A DNA stretch of 64,000 nt, taken from Balanoglossus misakiensis. Taxonomy: Eukaryota; Animalia; Hemichordata. The stretch is from contig CM082598.2 of NCBI GenBank assembly GCA_040954595.2, forward strand, positions 5,037,097 through 5,101,096. The letters are read 5' to 3'. Positions 36,069 to 49,841 of this stretch are shown here, one piece after another. The notes below the pieces were generated by a model. The model worked only from the letters and a program-made list of their open reading frames with translations, searched no databases and was not told the origin of the DNA. Position 1 is the stretch's first letter. Each line of letters starts with the position of its first letter. A program made the translations under genes and the position numbers.

Positions 36069-38264
36069 ACCGTCTAAGTATGAGACCAAATAGTGAATGC
36101 TTACAACTGTGCAAAAGTCCGGGATTTTGCTTTTGGCTAACGTGGGTTCATGTTCAAGGGAACCGGTCGTACAAAGGGTGTCCATAAATTCAAGTCCACT
36201 TTAAAGTTAACAATTCACTTTTAAATCCGTTTTATGCGAATATTTAGAAGTATTTTGTGTGTGCTGTTCTTTTCCGACCAGCGTCTTTAATCATACTGAT
36301 TGTACGTGGATATCGACGCTTTAAAATAATCATTATTATACATGCTTTACTAATGTAATTGTGGAAGAAGTAGATTTAGTTTAGGGCGAGTAGACTTATG
36401 CTCAGATAACTGGCTGAGATATTTATTGTGTCGTACTATACTATATCCATGATTTGCATCATATTACGAGTAATATATTGTATAAGGTGGGCGTATTTTC
36501 TGATTTACATCATTTCAGTTTCAAATTAAATCTGTTCTATGTTATGTTATTATTCACACAATCAGATGCGTACGTTTCTGCCCGTTGCAATATTTGTACG
36601 AGAGAGAGAGAGAGGGGGGGGAAGAGACATACATGTATAAAGGCAGGCAGAGACATACACTGATGATACATATACATGTAGTATGTCCAGGCCCTAAGTA
36701 AATGTACACACGTGAGAACATCGCGTACAGTGATCGTGAATACCTGCGAGTGAAAGAGTTTAGTTGTTCGTTCTTATACGTACAACGGTACATTGTGTAA
36801 GAATTTTTATCACCACACCTTAGAAGGAATATGTCATGAGAGCTTTAACTAAAGTGCATCACCCTTTTCCGGATGGTTCTTTATGCGTGGAATTGCAGCT
36901 AACAAGTCCGGAAGCAGATTCTGTTCGACGACACCGCGTACTATGACAGAACCCCATGGCTCGATCGTGCAAGCACGACGTACCGGTAGTATTTGCATCG
37001 AGTGACTGGCGGTGTATTCTTGCGCCCGCCCCCTGCACGAGCTCATTCCCTGAGCATAACGGTGCAAAAAAGGCCAAAATTTGGAAATAAATCGATGCAG
37101 TGAAGGAAAATCTTACCAGTATCCATGGAAGCAGAAAAGCCTGTGGCCGCTCCGGACATCTCGTCTGCTCGCGTCGTCTGCTTATAATCACGTGATAATG
37201 ACGTTTCGCGTTATGATTGGACGTAAGTACGCGTAGCAAGACCCCCTATCTACTGTAATACAGAAAGCTTCAGGATGTTTCCCAGTTATCGTGGAAGATT
37301 TCAAAGACTTCCTCATCACATCACAGCATAACACAACAGAACAAAAAAGAACACAACACAACACACGTAGGCACTTGTTTCATTTCGAGATATCGTATGG
37401 TCACACATAACATAAAATAATTGACCGAGTCACCTCATAGAAACAAACCAGGTTTTATTTACCTATTGTCCGTTAATTGCGATCAACTCGATGAATATAC
37501 ATTAATTGAGAGCAGTATTATTACCAACAAAAACTTAAAGAAACTGTCTGCGTCGTTAGAAACTTATAATTTTATCAAAATTCGTATAAAATCCTGGTTC
37601 AAATGATAAATTCATGGTGTGTTTTAACACCATACAAAAAAAAAACGGAATGGAAGCCGTACAGTTTAATGGTAGTTAATCTTGCTGGCACGGTGGGTAT
37701 ATGGAAAACGTTATTTCTTTTTTTTAATCAGATATGGTACAGGAGATTTAATTTGATTGTAGTTAAAGGTTGTCTGACATCGTGTGAAAAGAGTCCCCTT
37801 GTCGATAAAGCATCACATAAAGCACTGGAAGATCGTTCACGAGAAAGACTAACAGCGCCCTCATCACAAATATCGTCCTTTACTTTCGTGGAAAATCAAA
37901 GCGAGCCTCGTTCCCATGCCACCCGACGCCATGATGCTTTTTGAAACCATGTAGAAAACATCACTGTCCTACTGAAGCGTTTTAGGTCGTCTGAATGTTT
38001 TAGTTGCACCTATACGCTATCACAATTCGGACTTGTCCTCTACATTCCCTGTTAGTTTGTCCGGATAAGGAAAAATATTTACAAAAGTCCAAAGAAACGG
38101 GCTGTCGTGTCCACATTTGCTTGTCACAGCACTGTCAACTGCATGTGGTCTCATAATCCTTCGTGCAGATATCAAATCGTATGAGCAATGAATTCTGCAC
38201 TGTTATAGCTCACTGTGTTCAAATGCAAATGTCAGTACTGCCCACATCGCTTTAAACCTTGGCA

Positions 38265-38915
38265 TTAGTAGGTTGGCGTGTCCGAGAACCCGTAGTTGTC
38301 GGCGTCGAGTTCAATTTTACCGGAAATGGTGTTCACGGGATTGGTGTAGCCCCTGGCGTACGGGTTGGCGTAGGTGGTCGCGCCGTAGTCATCGTCGAAG
38401 TGGCGGTATTTTCGGACGTACGTGTCGTAGAACCAGATGCCAAGTCCCAAAATGACCACCAGGCCCGCGATGCAGCCTGCCGACGCGGCGGCTACCGTTT
38501 CCTTTTGCAGACCTGAAAGTGCCAATCAAAAGTTCTGCGTTATCAAGGATTATTATTTAAAAGAACATTCCATTTTTTTTCAAATTTCACCACTAGATGA
38601 TAACAACGTATAGCATTTACAAAAAAAAAATATTCTAGTACTTTATACACGAGTTTTCACCCGTTCTATACAGTACATGACAAGCACCACACATTGGGAC
38701 TGGTCGTTTTCCCCACACTGTCAAATTTCCTAAATTGACCCCAAGATGACACCGAATGAGTCAAAGTGCCGCCGGCCCTTGCCACGCATTGCACAACATA
38801 CTAGTACATGTACTGTATATACAAAATAATGCCTACCTTCAACTTGCGCTGGTTTTACTAGAAGTATCGTGGCGACCAGCAGAAGAAAGTGTACTCGATG
38901 ATATGTCAACGCCAT
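38265..38915 (-). CDS. Unrecognised 108-aa type I single-pass membrane protein with a tyrosine-rich cytoplasmic tail
   Basis: Exon 38915-38837 encodes a signal peptide (MALTYHRVHFLLLVATILLVKPAQVE G|gt). Exon 38512-38265 encodes GLQKET, a TM segment VAAASAGCIAGLVVILGLGIWFY and the tail ...DDDYGATTYANPYARGYTNPV...DADNYGFSDTPTY*. Phase-1 junction in frame; a likely upstream non-coding exon has donor CAG|gtaagt near 40105. Confidence 0.8.
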
Positions 38916-41626
38916 CTGAAATGATTAGATACAGTAATTTAGGGATTAGCCTAATAAAATCAGTGGAGGTGAGTCAAAGCTGAGGAAACTTTGCTGAGAG
39001 AGTGAGGAAAAGAGGGGGATAGAGGGCGAGAAGGGGGAGGTGAGAGAGAGGGGGGGAGAGATGATTGTCAGACAATGGATTATAAAAGTCGGATGAGTAT
39101 TTACTAGTAGGTGCTGATGGGTACTGCCTGTAGGCCATTTGAAGAAGAGAACAAATGCTTGTTTTCGACTCGCGACCTGCTGGAATTTTTTAATTATGGG
39201 ATTTAGGTATTTTGAGTTAGAAATGGCACAGATCACAGTGTAATTAAAAGCTATTTGGTTGTTAAGAAAAAAAGAAAACGGGCCTTCTGAACGTACGTAG
39301 GCCTATAACTGACCGTTACGCACGGCCCCGTATTGATCGGTTCAGCTGGCTGCTGGTCCCAACATTTGAATTCGGTGATTTAAATGCAAAACAGGTACGC
39401 ACACAATGGAATCGTGCGAGTCATCTAATTACCGGTAGCATGGGTTTTGTAATTTTCTGTGTCAGTTGAGGATATGTGGGCATGCTAACAGCTTTACTGG
39501 AGATTTGACAGAATATAGTTTAAGAAAATAGTTCTGTCTGTCAAAACCGTACAATATTGACATGTAATAGATGATTTGCGACGCACTTCTTTGCCTGTAG
39601 TGTCGCACTTGGGGGGGGGGGGGCGGCTGGGTCTGAGTAACCTAAAGACGACACATTCAACGACGTTTGCTTGTACGGTCTGTACAATACGAACATAAAC
39701 ATAGCTGGATGAGAATGGTGCCATTAAAATTTCGATTCAACAAAATGGCGGTTAGCGAAAGTCGTTTACTATGATGCAGGTAGAGGGTAGTACGTGTACC
39801 GTGCAGATTTAAGAATGGAAAGAAAATGCAACACATCGGTTCTTGTTTTTGGTAAATATTACCAAAATACGTATAATGTAGGCCACAGAGTTGGTACATT
39901 ATTTGCATTAATATAGACAGCACGTTATGTCAGTCGTATGACTTAACTGCCACCGTCGACATTCAAAATGGCGCGCATTAATTTTCGACCAGCTGTTCCA
40001 CACAATAGCATGGATGGTCCGTATTCACTTCACCCGAACGTCGTCGCAGCGTTTCTTCTCGACCCAAATGCACGACAGACTACTCGCAATTCTGTCCAAC
40101 TTACCTGTTTTCGCCCAAACCTGACACAACACCAGAAAGGCACGACGGGGAAGGGGTAAAGGAAGCTTGATTTCTTTGGAAATGTGGGATATATTAATCC
40201 TTTCCCGAACACGAAGAGAGTTCACAACCTACGTACCTTTTTTAAAAAGTGACCCTACCAAAGTGACCCAGGAGTAACTGCATCAACGCAGGCGGGATCA
40301 GTGGCGCATTCAGAAAACAGAAAAGGCAACGATTTGAATGTCAATTGGTATTGACGGGCGTGTCAATGGGAGATATTTTTCCCGTTCGGAAATTTGCATA
40401 ATAATAGGTCGTGACGACAGACAGCAATTTGCAAGGGCGAGGTGGTCCGTTGTTGTCTTGCAGTACAGGTATGGGGGCCCAGGCGACCCCATTATAACAG
40501 CACGGAGCTAGTGAGAATGCTTAAAATCGACAGAAGTTTGAAATGAACGATGAAAACTATTAAGAGAACGTATAACTTTACCCCTCCAAGAATTGATTAT
40601 TGTTTTATAATCAGCAATACTGGCAAGACTATGATCTACGTTGCTTTCTGTGTTTGACCCGCCGAGAGACTGTGTTTGATCACAGCATGGAGCTCTACCT
40701 CCATGATCATAGACAGAAGGTTTGACATCAGGCGGCCATCTCAAGATTACACGTGATTTTTAATTACGTTTGACGAGGTGACCATTAGTAAAATCACACG
40801 AGGTGGGAAAAACACACGAAAGGTGTGGCCCCTATTTGCAGTGAACATAAAAATTACAGTAAACATGTTCTCAACATATGTCCTCTTGAGGGCGCTACAA
40901 CTTCGCTGGAGCTATGATGGAGGTATGGCGCACCTTCTTCAGTGTTCAGCTTTAATACCTAAACGCAAATGGGGTTCACTTGATAAATACTACAATAGCA
41001 CATAAGGCTTTCTAACTCATAAAAATTCGATGTACACAAGAACTTATACGAAAACCAGGTTTCCTACTTTAAAAACTGCCGAATTAGTCGGAATCAGCTT
41101 TCACATTGACAAGGAAAATACATACAGAATGTGTCATTCTCACATAAATACAAGATAAATACATAACCAATTTGTAATTCTTACATTTAAAGGGCAAGGT
41201 TTATATATATTTGAACTAACTTACAACTTATAAGGTAAATGTAGACATAATTTGTAATTCCCACCTAAATACATTAACACATATGGTAACTTGAACACAT
41301 TTGTAATGTTTAAAACATTCTTTCTCAAGGTGGCGAAACCCATAAAGAATGGAAGTCGGTATTTTGGCAATGTTAAAAACCTCGTCACGGTATTTTAGTT
41401 GATTGTAGTGGGAACTTGATAGGAAGATCGACATTTATGTTTGAGTGCACACTGTTTTGGCCAATCAGAGTTATACTCCCCGAACAGTGCATGCGCAGTG
41501 GGAAGAATGCCGATGGCGTGTGTATAAACAGACAAGTGGCACGTGTGCATTTCAGACCACCGTCTCTATTTAGCTAAACGGTATGATCGTGAAAACAATA
41601 TGACAATTATAGGCCCGCATCTTCGA

Positions 41627-43981
41627 TCAGCATTTCTCGTCGACGGTGGCATTTTCCTCGGTCTCATTCACACCCTGGGTCACCATTTCCAACAGTGTAT
41701 TTTCCTCGGTACCCCCGTTGTCTTCGTCCTGATCTTTGCCGTGATCCGACCCAGCTTCGCCGGCGTCGGTGTCTTCCTTCACCGGGGAATACCTGGTTCT
41801 CGTCGACACGTAGGCGGTGAAGACGAGGGGCAGATACACGGCGAAAGTCTGGATGGCCGAATACACGGTGACGAACGCGCCCACCTGACCGGCGCTCTCC
41901 GGGAAGGTCAGCACGATCAGGGTCAACGCCACGCCCAGATTCTGCAAACTGGTTTCCACGGCGACGGTTCGGCGCTGTTTGGGAGGCAGCCTCAGCAGCC
42001 AGGCCGTCAGGTAGCTCAGGACGCCACCGACGGTTGGCAGGATGAAACCGATGGCCCATAGTTCCGGATGACTAGTGAAGACGTGGGACCGCAGGATGGC
42101 TTCGAATATCATATTCAGAGCCACGCCTATCAAGGCTACAATAGCCAAAACCTGAAATCAATCAATCAGTACATATGAACCAACCAACCAACTAACCAAC
42201 CAACCAACCAAAACAAACAGACAGACAGACAGACAGATAGACAGACAGACAAACAAACAACCGGTTGGTCGATCGACCAATCCATTAATCCATTAATTCA
42301 TTCATTCATTCATTCATTCATTCATTCATTCATTCATTCATTCATTCATTCATTCATTCATTCATCCATTCATCCATCCATCCATCCATCCATCCATCCA
42401 CTAGCCATGGCAACCACCCAGGGAGTCAATCAATTTATCCACCGACAAACCAACCAATCGAACCAAACCAAAACAAGCAACCGTTCTACACAGCTGCAGA
42501 AAACCACTTTTAATTATAACTTTATTACCAGAGTGTTTCGTCATCTCAATCCTCACCTTGCTGGTTCTCTCAGCCACGGTCTTCGACTTGTGGCGGATGA
42601 GCATGCCCAGCAACACAGGAAAGACAATGGTGATCAAACTGATGACGATCTTTGTGTACGGGATGAGCGCCCTCTCCGTTGTCCAACTGCGGCTGTACAC
42701 GAACAACAACAGCGGCATCATGCCGAACGCAAAGACGGTCGAACAAGTCGTCATACATAGACTGAAAAAAGAAGAATCAAATTAAAGGGACAAAGTCTCT
42801 CTCTCGCTGCCTTTTTTCCATTAATTATGTTTGATACAAGACACTGTTTATGTTATTGTACATGTGGATATACAGTGAATCAATGATCAACAACACACAA
42901 CTTCCATCCTGTTTGTATGATATGAGAGTAAAAACTCGCCCAATATGAATAAATGGTAAAGAACGATTATTCATTTTGGCGATTTTTTTCACTCTCCTGT
43001 CTATAAGAGGTATGGAAGTTGTGTGTTCATTTACTATATATCCACAGGTAGAATAACAAACAGTGTCTTGTATCAAATACATGTATAATTAATGGAAAAA
43101 GGGCAGCGAGAGAGAGACTTTGTCCCTTTAAAGAATTTCACAAATACACATTCCCCTTTTTACGACCACTATGGAGAAACCTAACCTTCCCTACTTTTGA
43201 CAAGTGCAGTACTCGTTTTTCGCCTATAAAAGTGTCACGAGAGATGAAAACTGCACTTTAAAATGGAGTCGAGTGACATGGTGTGGTGTACTGCGTCTAA
43301 CAATATAACGTCGAGTTATTAAAACATTACCACAATACACGTATGTTGATCACAAATACTACACTGTTTTACGTGCACTGACTCCCATCAGAAAAAAATG
43401 GCAACTCCATGTTTCATTTGTGACTTCAGGATAACCTTTTGAGTACATGATTTGCTAATGAAATTTATTTTTTGTAATTCCACGATCTCGAATTCTCACC
43501 TCAAGGACACGTCCCCTTTAATCCAATACGTCACAATATTCGAGCTTGTGCCACCTGGGCAACAGGACATGATTAAAACACCAATGGCGTACATCGTCTC
43601 CAGACGGAAGGCATGGCAGAGACCGAACGCTGTCAGGGGAAGGATCCCGTACTGGCAGAGGAAGCCGATAAGAATGCCGAACGGCCGCCGAAGATGTCCG
43701 AGGGTCTCCTGGACGGTGATGACGCAGCCCATAGATGTCATCATGGAGAGAATAATGCTGAACACTGTAACGGTTTTCACGGTTGCGATTCGCTTGAACG
43801 TCTCGGACATCCCGACCGTGGACGTAGCGTTCAGCAGCGCCGCGGCCGTGGCATTCAATTCTCCCGCCCAGGTCAGCGTGGTGGTGTCGGTCGCGTTCGA
43901 AAGGGAAGCGTTCCCTCTACTGTACACGTCGTCAACCAGATAAGCTGACTGCGCTGTGGCGTTGGCAAGTGCGACTTCCAT
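41627..43981 (-). CDS. SLC10: SLC10 family Na+/bile-acid symporter (ASBT/NTCP-like), paralogue A, about 403 aa
   Basis: Exons 43981-43500, 42761-42557 and 42151-41627 in frame. Motifs SMGC, QYGILPLTAF, SCCPGGTSSN..YWIKGDVSLSLCMTTCST, RRTVAVETSLQN. Confidence 0.93.
42178..42400. repeat. Compound tetranucleotide microsatellite (AACC/CAGA/TTCA/TCCA); similar compound tract at 45778-45885
   Basis: Directly visible. Confidence 0.9.
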
Positions 43982-44274
43982 GTCGTTTTTGAAGTCACTT
44001 TTCGATCCTGGAAATGTTTGACGTTAATTCTTTAACCAGACGAAGTTCTTCTTTCTCTGGCGTCAGTTTGGCGGGCGAGAAGCGCTGTGTGCCTGTGCGA
44101 GAATTCCAGTAACCAGCAGCAGAGTTTGAAGTCAAACTTTGCATAATCCCGCGCGCACGTAGTCACTTGTACATCAAAATAGAACCACACTGCTTGCCCT
44201 AGCGAATGTGCTGGTTTTGGTCATCTTGCTTATAAATGAGTCGCGGTGATATATATATTTAAAGCTCCATTAAC

Positions 44275-44670
44275 TGTAACTTTTCGCTATGTCTTCAGTA
44301 TTTTTCTTTTGTGTATCTACAATAGTTTCCTGTTCAAATCCCTGAAGCATGATGAAATAACCAATATTCAGCTTGTTAACACAACCTATATGTAAATACT
44401 AGCAATCAGCATTATTATCGTGCAACATTTGTATTCAAGTCCGGACTAGAGTCCATCTGTCAACAATAACAACTGGCCGTTGCTTGCCTACATACAGGCT
44501 ATTTTGACAAGCAGAGTACTGCATGGGTATATTGGCATGCTGATTGGAGTAGAACAAGAAATTGCATTAAATACACAGAACAAAACTACTGGGCATTTCA
44601 TCATAATTCAGGAATTTGAACAAGAAACTACAGTGCATATACACAGCGAAAAAACAGCGAAAAGTTACAA
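44275..44670. mobile_element. Foldback/MITE-like element with about 90-bp imperfect inverted arms
   Basis: tgtaacttttcgct...tagtttcctgttcaaatccctgaa..atgatgaaat versus atttcatcat..ttcaggaatttgaacaagaaacta...agcgaaaagttaca. Confidence 0.55.
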
Positions 44671-45854
44671 CTTTTATTGATGTATTCCAGAGTGGTTTGC
44701 CTCCCAATATGATACAGCAAATTGTACACCTCGATTGCTAAAACACCGTAGTTAATGACCCAATTAGTACCGCGAGATCCAGGTATCATGGACTCTAAAA
44801 TAATGTCATCGGTCATAAATCACTAAAAGGGGCGGCATTTTGACGACTTCTGCAGCACAAGGTGCCTTTCATGGCCATTTGGAGCGTTTTGTGCTGGTCG
44901 CAAATCCTTGTGCGAAACTGAACACCGTGACTGGCAAGGTTATGAATAAATAGTATATATACTAGTATATCGCTACCATTCATGTATATTTCTATTTAGG
45001 TAACCTGATTTTATCTGGCTGTTTGCATCAAATTAACCGTTTATTTAGTCGCCATTACAAGAGTACACGACTTTCGTGGTAAGCGAGCACCGGTATAACA
45101 ATTTTCACGAATTCAAAATTGGAGGTGTTGTCTGTTGACTAAGGATAAGTAGAAGATGGCAGAATTTTCTCGACTAAAGGGTGACGATAACGTCTTAAGA
45201 GCATGTGTCAACCTGGAGACTCTTGTATACAGTCAATGCAATAAGAGAGTGTGTTGTCCTAACAGCAGACAAGATGGCGGCCACCATAGTCTGTGTCAGA
45301 GATCGGGAAAAGTCAGAAATTGGGTGGAAAGAAGGGACAAAACTAAAGTCTACTTGTGTGGTTCGCTTAATCCACTATTCGAATGCGTCGAACGCAAAAT
45401 TTGCAGAACATTTGGATTGGACGTATTATTCGTACACACAAATTACACGCATGCGCATAAGACGGTCGTCGGCCTTTAAAATATGCTGAAAAGTGCAGTG
45501 GCAGCTCTTGGGCATTGAAGTGTAGTAACCAGCTCATTCAACATTACATATAAATACACAGCACTGGCAATGGGTACCTTCAGTAATGCCCGGATTTTGA
45601 CTTTTGGTGACCTTCAAAGATGTAAGGTCGCTCGGCATTTTGTGAGGGTTGGAGGAGGTGGGGGGCGGGGTGACACCTCTCATTTATACCCACCCGTAGA
45701 AATCAACAAGTCTACATCCGGTAAGCTAACAGAAAGTGCTCCATCAGCACCTCCTGAATGTGGGTTTTATATAGTTGGATGAATGAATGAATGAATGAAT
45801 GAACGAAGAACGGACGGACGGACGAACAAACAAACAAACAAACAAACAAACAAA

Positions 45855-45885
<31 letters not shown>

Positions 45886-47465
45886 CGGCCTTGAGACAAA
45901 AGTGCAGGTAGCCCTGTTAATTTATCAAAGTTCTCGTTAAAATTGAAAGTTGCCGGATCACTGACCATATTCAAATGGAGCATGTTTACGACATCAAGAT
46001 TTCGTTTTTCTGAGTGTTTCATTCAGTGTCAAATAATCACGACATCGTCGCCATTTACAAAATCTAAAGCAAAGTTTATTAGAAAGAAATTAGCATATAA
46101 TACAAACGAGGTAGAAATATTGAATAAATAATGAGTTCAACAATTATTAACAATTATTTTTTTTTCTAGTGAAACAAGTTACAATTGCAATACAGTTACC
46201 ACGCTCCAAAGTTCATTGAGGCGGTGTTTCTTATAGGTACAAAATATGTACATCGTACGATCTGTCTGTCTGTCAGTCTGTCTGTGTCTGCCTGTCTGTC
46301 TGTCTGTCTCTCTCTCACAAACTTCAAGTCCTCATAGGTCGCCTGTTCATCGAACAATACCAGAAACACTCAGTCGACCACCGCATACTGACCATTTTCT
46401 CGATTTACAAAAGCTAACATAAATATTTCAGAATATCAACACAATAATCTGTACAAAAGTCAGTATTTTGACATTTCAGTTTGTGTTATTTCATAGTGAG
46501 AATGGGGTACACATAAACTTGACCCCAAGATCATTATTTCATTCGTACGTATTTTAAATATATCTTGAGCAAATATTTTTTTTGAAAGTTCAATGTCCGA
46601 ACATGGAATGATTCAGGATACATAGGTACAATGTGATATAGGGAGATAACTTTCTATTGTACCTGAGTAAATAGTTGAGAATTCGCCATTCCTAAATTTC
46701 CCACGGGGAAAACGATAAAAAAACTGACGCAAACTGAAATACACATATAGGGTAACTAAGACAGTGAATGTAAGAATGTAAATGATAGTATTGGTAGAAT
46801 TAAAAGCGCATATATTACAAGTCACCAATAATCAGTTCCCGGAAATGAATGAAATCGATGTAAGCCAAATGTAAAATTCGCATTACAAACAACCAAAACC
46901 ACTAAACTTTGTATCATGTTGAGAAGCACCGAGTGATAAACCGAAACTAAAGTTTGCTAGAAATTCACGAATTCCGCATGCTACATCTTGTGGTCAAAAT
47001 GAAATTTGTAAAAGTCCATTTTCAATGCATTGCGATTTTGCCAACTTTTCCCCCCAAAACATGTGTCCCATAGTATTTGAAATGCAGCGTACAAAAGTGG
47101 TAAAAATAATTCATAAATTTCACTTGACAAGGTATCATCAAAACCGCGTTTTTGACAAGAATACAATCTACTATATTTTTTAATGTGAGCATTGCTGTTG
47201 TACTCTGAAGCGGAATTCAAATACCATAGCGATTTTGGTTAGAAATATTTTTTTTCTTACCGTAAATGATCAGAAACAAAGGACGCCATCTTTGTCAAAA
47301 TGGCGTCTTGCGCAATACATATTCAATTTCAGAGTTTGCAACGTCCGCAAAAATGGATTTACTCCAATAAATTCCGTTTCTCGCTGAAACGTAAACGTGA
47401 GTTTGGAATTGTGCGATCACTGAGTCTGGACACATATATACAACATGGAAGTGTTCTTATAATGG

Positions 47466-49841
47466 CTATACTCGCGATTCTCCCAATTCGCCATTGCCTG
47501 AACTCGAAGCCTCGCCGTCGAATTCCATTGCTACGCTCTCCGTGTGACTCACCAGCCGGTACATAGTGCGAGGATCCCCGAGAGAGGGAATCCCATTGCC
47601 GTGCCCGTTCCCCACTTTCTTCTCCTCCGTCGCTTCCAGCTTCTTCGCGGTTTCGGACGGCTCCCGGGGCACCAGCCTGATCTGCAGCTTGTACTTGGAC
47701 CACACTTTCTGGTAGCTGACGGCCATGGGGACCACGGTGAGCGTGAACAGCGACTGCACCAGAGCGTACACCGCCGGGAAGACTTTCACCATGGGCCCGG
47801 CGTCTTTGAACGACATGGCCATCACGGTCAGCGCCACGCCGACGTTCTGCATGCCCGTCTCGATGCCAACGGTGCGGCGCTGCGCGGGGCCCATCTTGCA
47901 GATGTAGGCGAACAGGTAGCTGAGGGCGAACCCGACGATCGGCAGGACGCAGGCGGCGAACCACAGCTGGACGGACGACCGATACGGCGCCGACGATATC
48001 ATGCCCTGGAGGGTCAAACTCACCACGATGCCGACCATTCCCAGCACACCTCCTACCTGTAATAGTGACGTAATGCTTGCGTCAGAAATGCGGGTAACCA
48101 CATGAGGCGTTACGCGTTGAACATGGTTATGAATAAGACAGTGGGGAGAGTTGGGGTGTGGGTGTGAAGCGCTGAATGCCGGCGCTGACTGCGATCATCA
48201 TGACGATGCTGGTGGGGGTGACGATGGCGACAATGACAATGGCGGTGTTGATGATAGTAATAACGATATTGATTATGCAATAGTGATATTGGCGGTGGCT
48301 GTGATGATGGTTATGAGGACCACAAGAACAGACGGATATGACGTCATTCTAATTAAAAAAAATTACAGTTTCAAGCCTAGAGAACACAGGCGTGTATGCA
48401 AGTATGATTCCAATACAACCAAGACGTAGAAGACGACTAGACGTATAATTTCCTGTTGTCAATAGTTAATTTTCCATAGCTCCAAAACTTTAGTCCTTTG
48501 ATATATACACAAAGTTACAGTTCTATAATATATACACCATAGTTCTATAGTATATACACGAAAATAAAGTTCTACAATATGTACACCAAACTATAGTTCT
48601 ATAATATATACACCAATATATAGTTCTATGATAAATACAAAGTATAGTCCTATAAGACTTACTTTGCTGACCACCGCGGCGCCTTTCACGCACTTGCGTC
48701 GAATCACCATGCCAACCACCACAGGCACCAGAATGGTCACCAGGGCGATAGTGATGTCCATATAAGGAATGGCCGGCACGCCCTTGTGGCTGGACCAACT
48801 CTTGCTGTAGATGAAGAGGCAGAGCGGCATCAGGCCGAACGCCAGGAAGGTGGAACAGGTAGTCATGCATATGCTGTGTAGAAAGAGTGTAAGAAATGTT
48901 AGATTTTTGACAGCGAGTTTGCAAGGATGTCACAATAAGAAAGTCGTAGGCAACTTGATGATGTAAAATACTATGCGCGTTCCCCTGCACTACACTTTTT
49001 TCGGAGACACACACATACATACTTTCTCTGCCTGTCTGTCAGTCAGTCTGTCAGTCAGTCTGACACTCCCCCTCCCTATTTCTCTCTCCCTCCCCACCCC
49101 TGTCTCTCTCGCTGCCTTTTTGCTTCACCGCCTCAAATGATGCCTAAACGTTACAAATGCCACATCTTATGGTTATTTGCAAACTGGGTACGAGCGTGAT
49201 GACGTCGACCACCCGTTGGTTCAGAAATCTATACCACCACGCTTACATTTGTAAAAGTTAAACTGTTTGTGTATCCATGACACAAGTTGCATGATTTAGT
49301 TTGACTAAGAAATATTGCTTTCAACGATATTTTTGATGCTCGTCCCTCCCTCCCCTTCGATGTATTGAGAGGCTTGACTGAGAAATAAATGGTCGTTGAT
49401 GGCCAGAAGAAGTGCAACTTACCTGAGTGTTATGTCGCCTTCTACGTAGTACGTGAGTAAATTGGAGGCCATGCCACCTGGACTGCAGGACACGACCAGC
49501 ATCCCGATGGCGTAGGCCGGGTGCAGCTGGAGGACGTGGGCAAGGGTGAACGAGCAGAGAGGCAGGATCCCGTACTGGGAGAACACGCCGATCAGCACGC
49601 CCCACGGCCGGCGCAAGATCATCTTGATCTCGTCCAGCGTGATGGCGCAGCCCATGCCCACCATCATGGACGTGCAGATGATGGCCAGCGAGATTTGGTT
49701 GGCCAGCTGGAGCCGGGCTATTCTGGCGGGCGTCGGCGTCGTCGCGCCTCCCAGCAAGGTGTCGTTCGCGGTGACGTTGAGAGAGACGTTGGCCGCCGCG
49801 AGCCCGTCGGCGACGTGGTAAAGGCTTGAATCCATGTCCAT
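47466..49841 (-). CDS. SLC10: SLC10 family Na+/bile-acid symporter, paralogue B, about 406 aa
   Basis: Exons 49841-49423, 48873-48663 and 48056-47466 in frame. Motifs GMGC, QYGILPL, SCSPGGMASN...EGDITLSICMTTCST, RRTVGIETGMQN. Confidence 0.93.
48517..48656. repeat. Degenerate minisatellite (about 22-30-bp unit, agttctataatatatacacc) in SLC10-B intron 2
   Basis: About 5-6 imperfect copies. Confidence 0.7.

Noticed and set aside
35661-36185. 174-aa hydrophobic minus-strand ORF
   Set aside because: Antisense shadow of the Lys/Asp/Glu-rich plus-strand exon; no splice or start support.
41543-42061. Long plus-strand and alternative-frame ORFs over SLC10 exons (also 43452-43948, 47544-48062, 49321-50004)
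   Set aside because: Shadow ORFs caused by high third-position GC in the real minus-strand exons.
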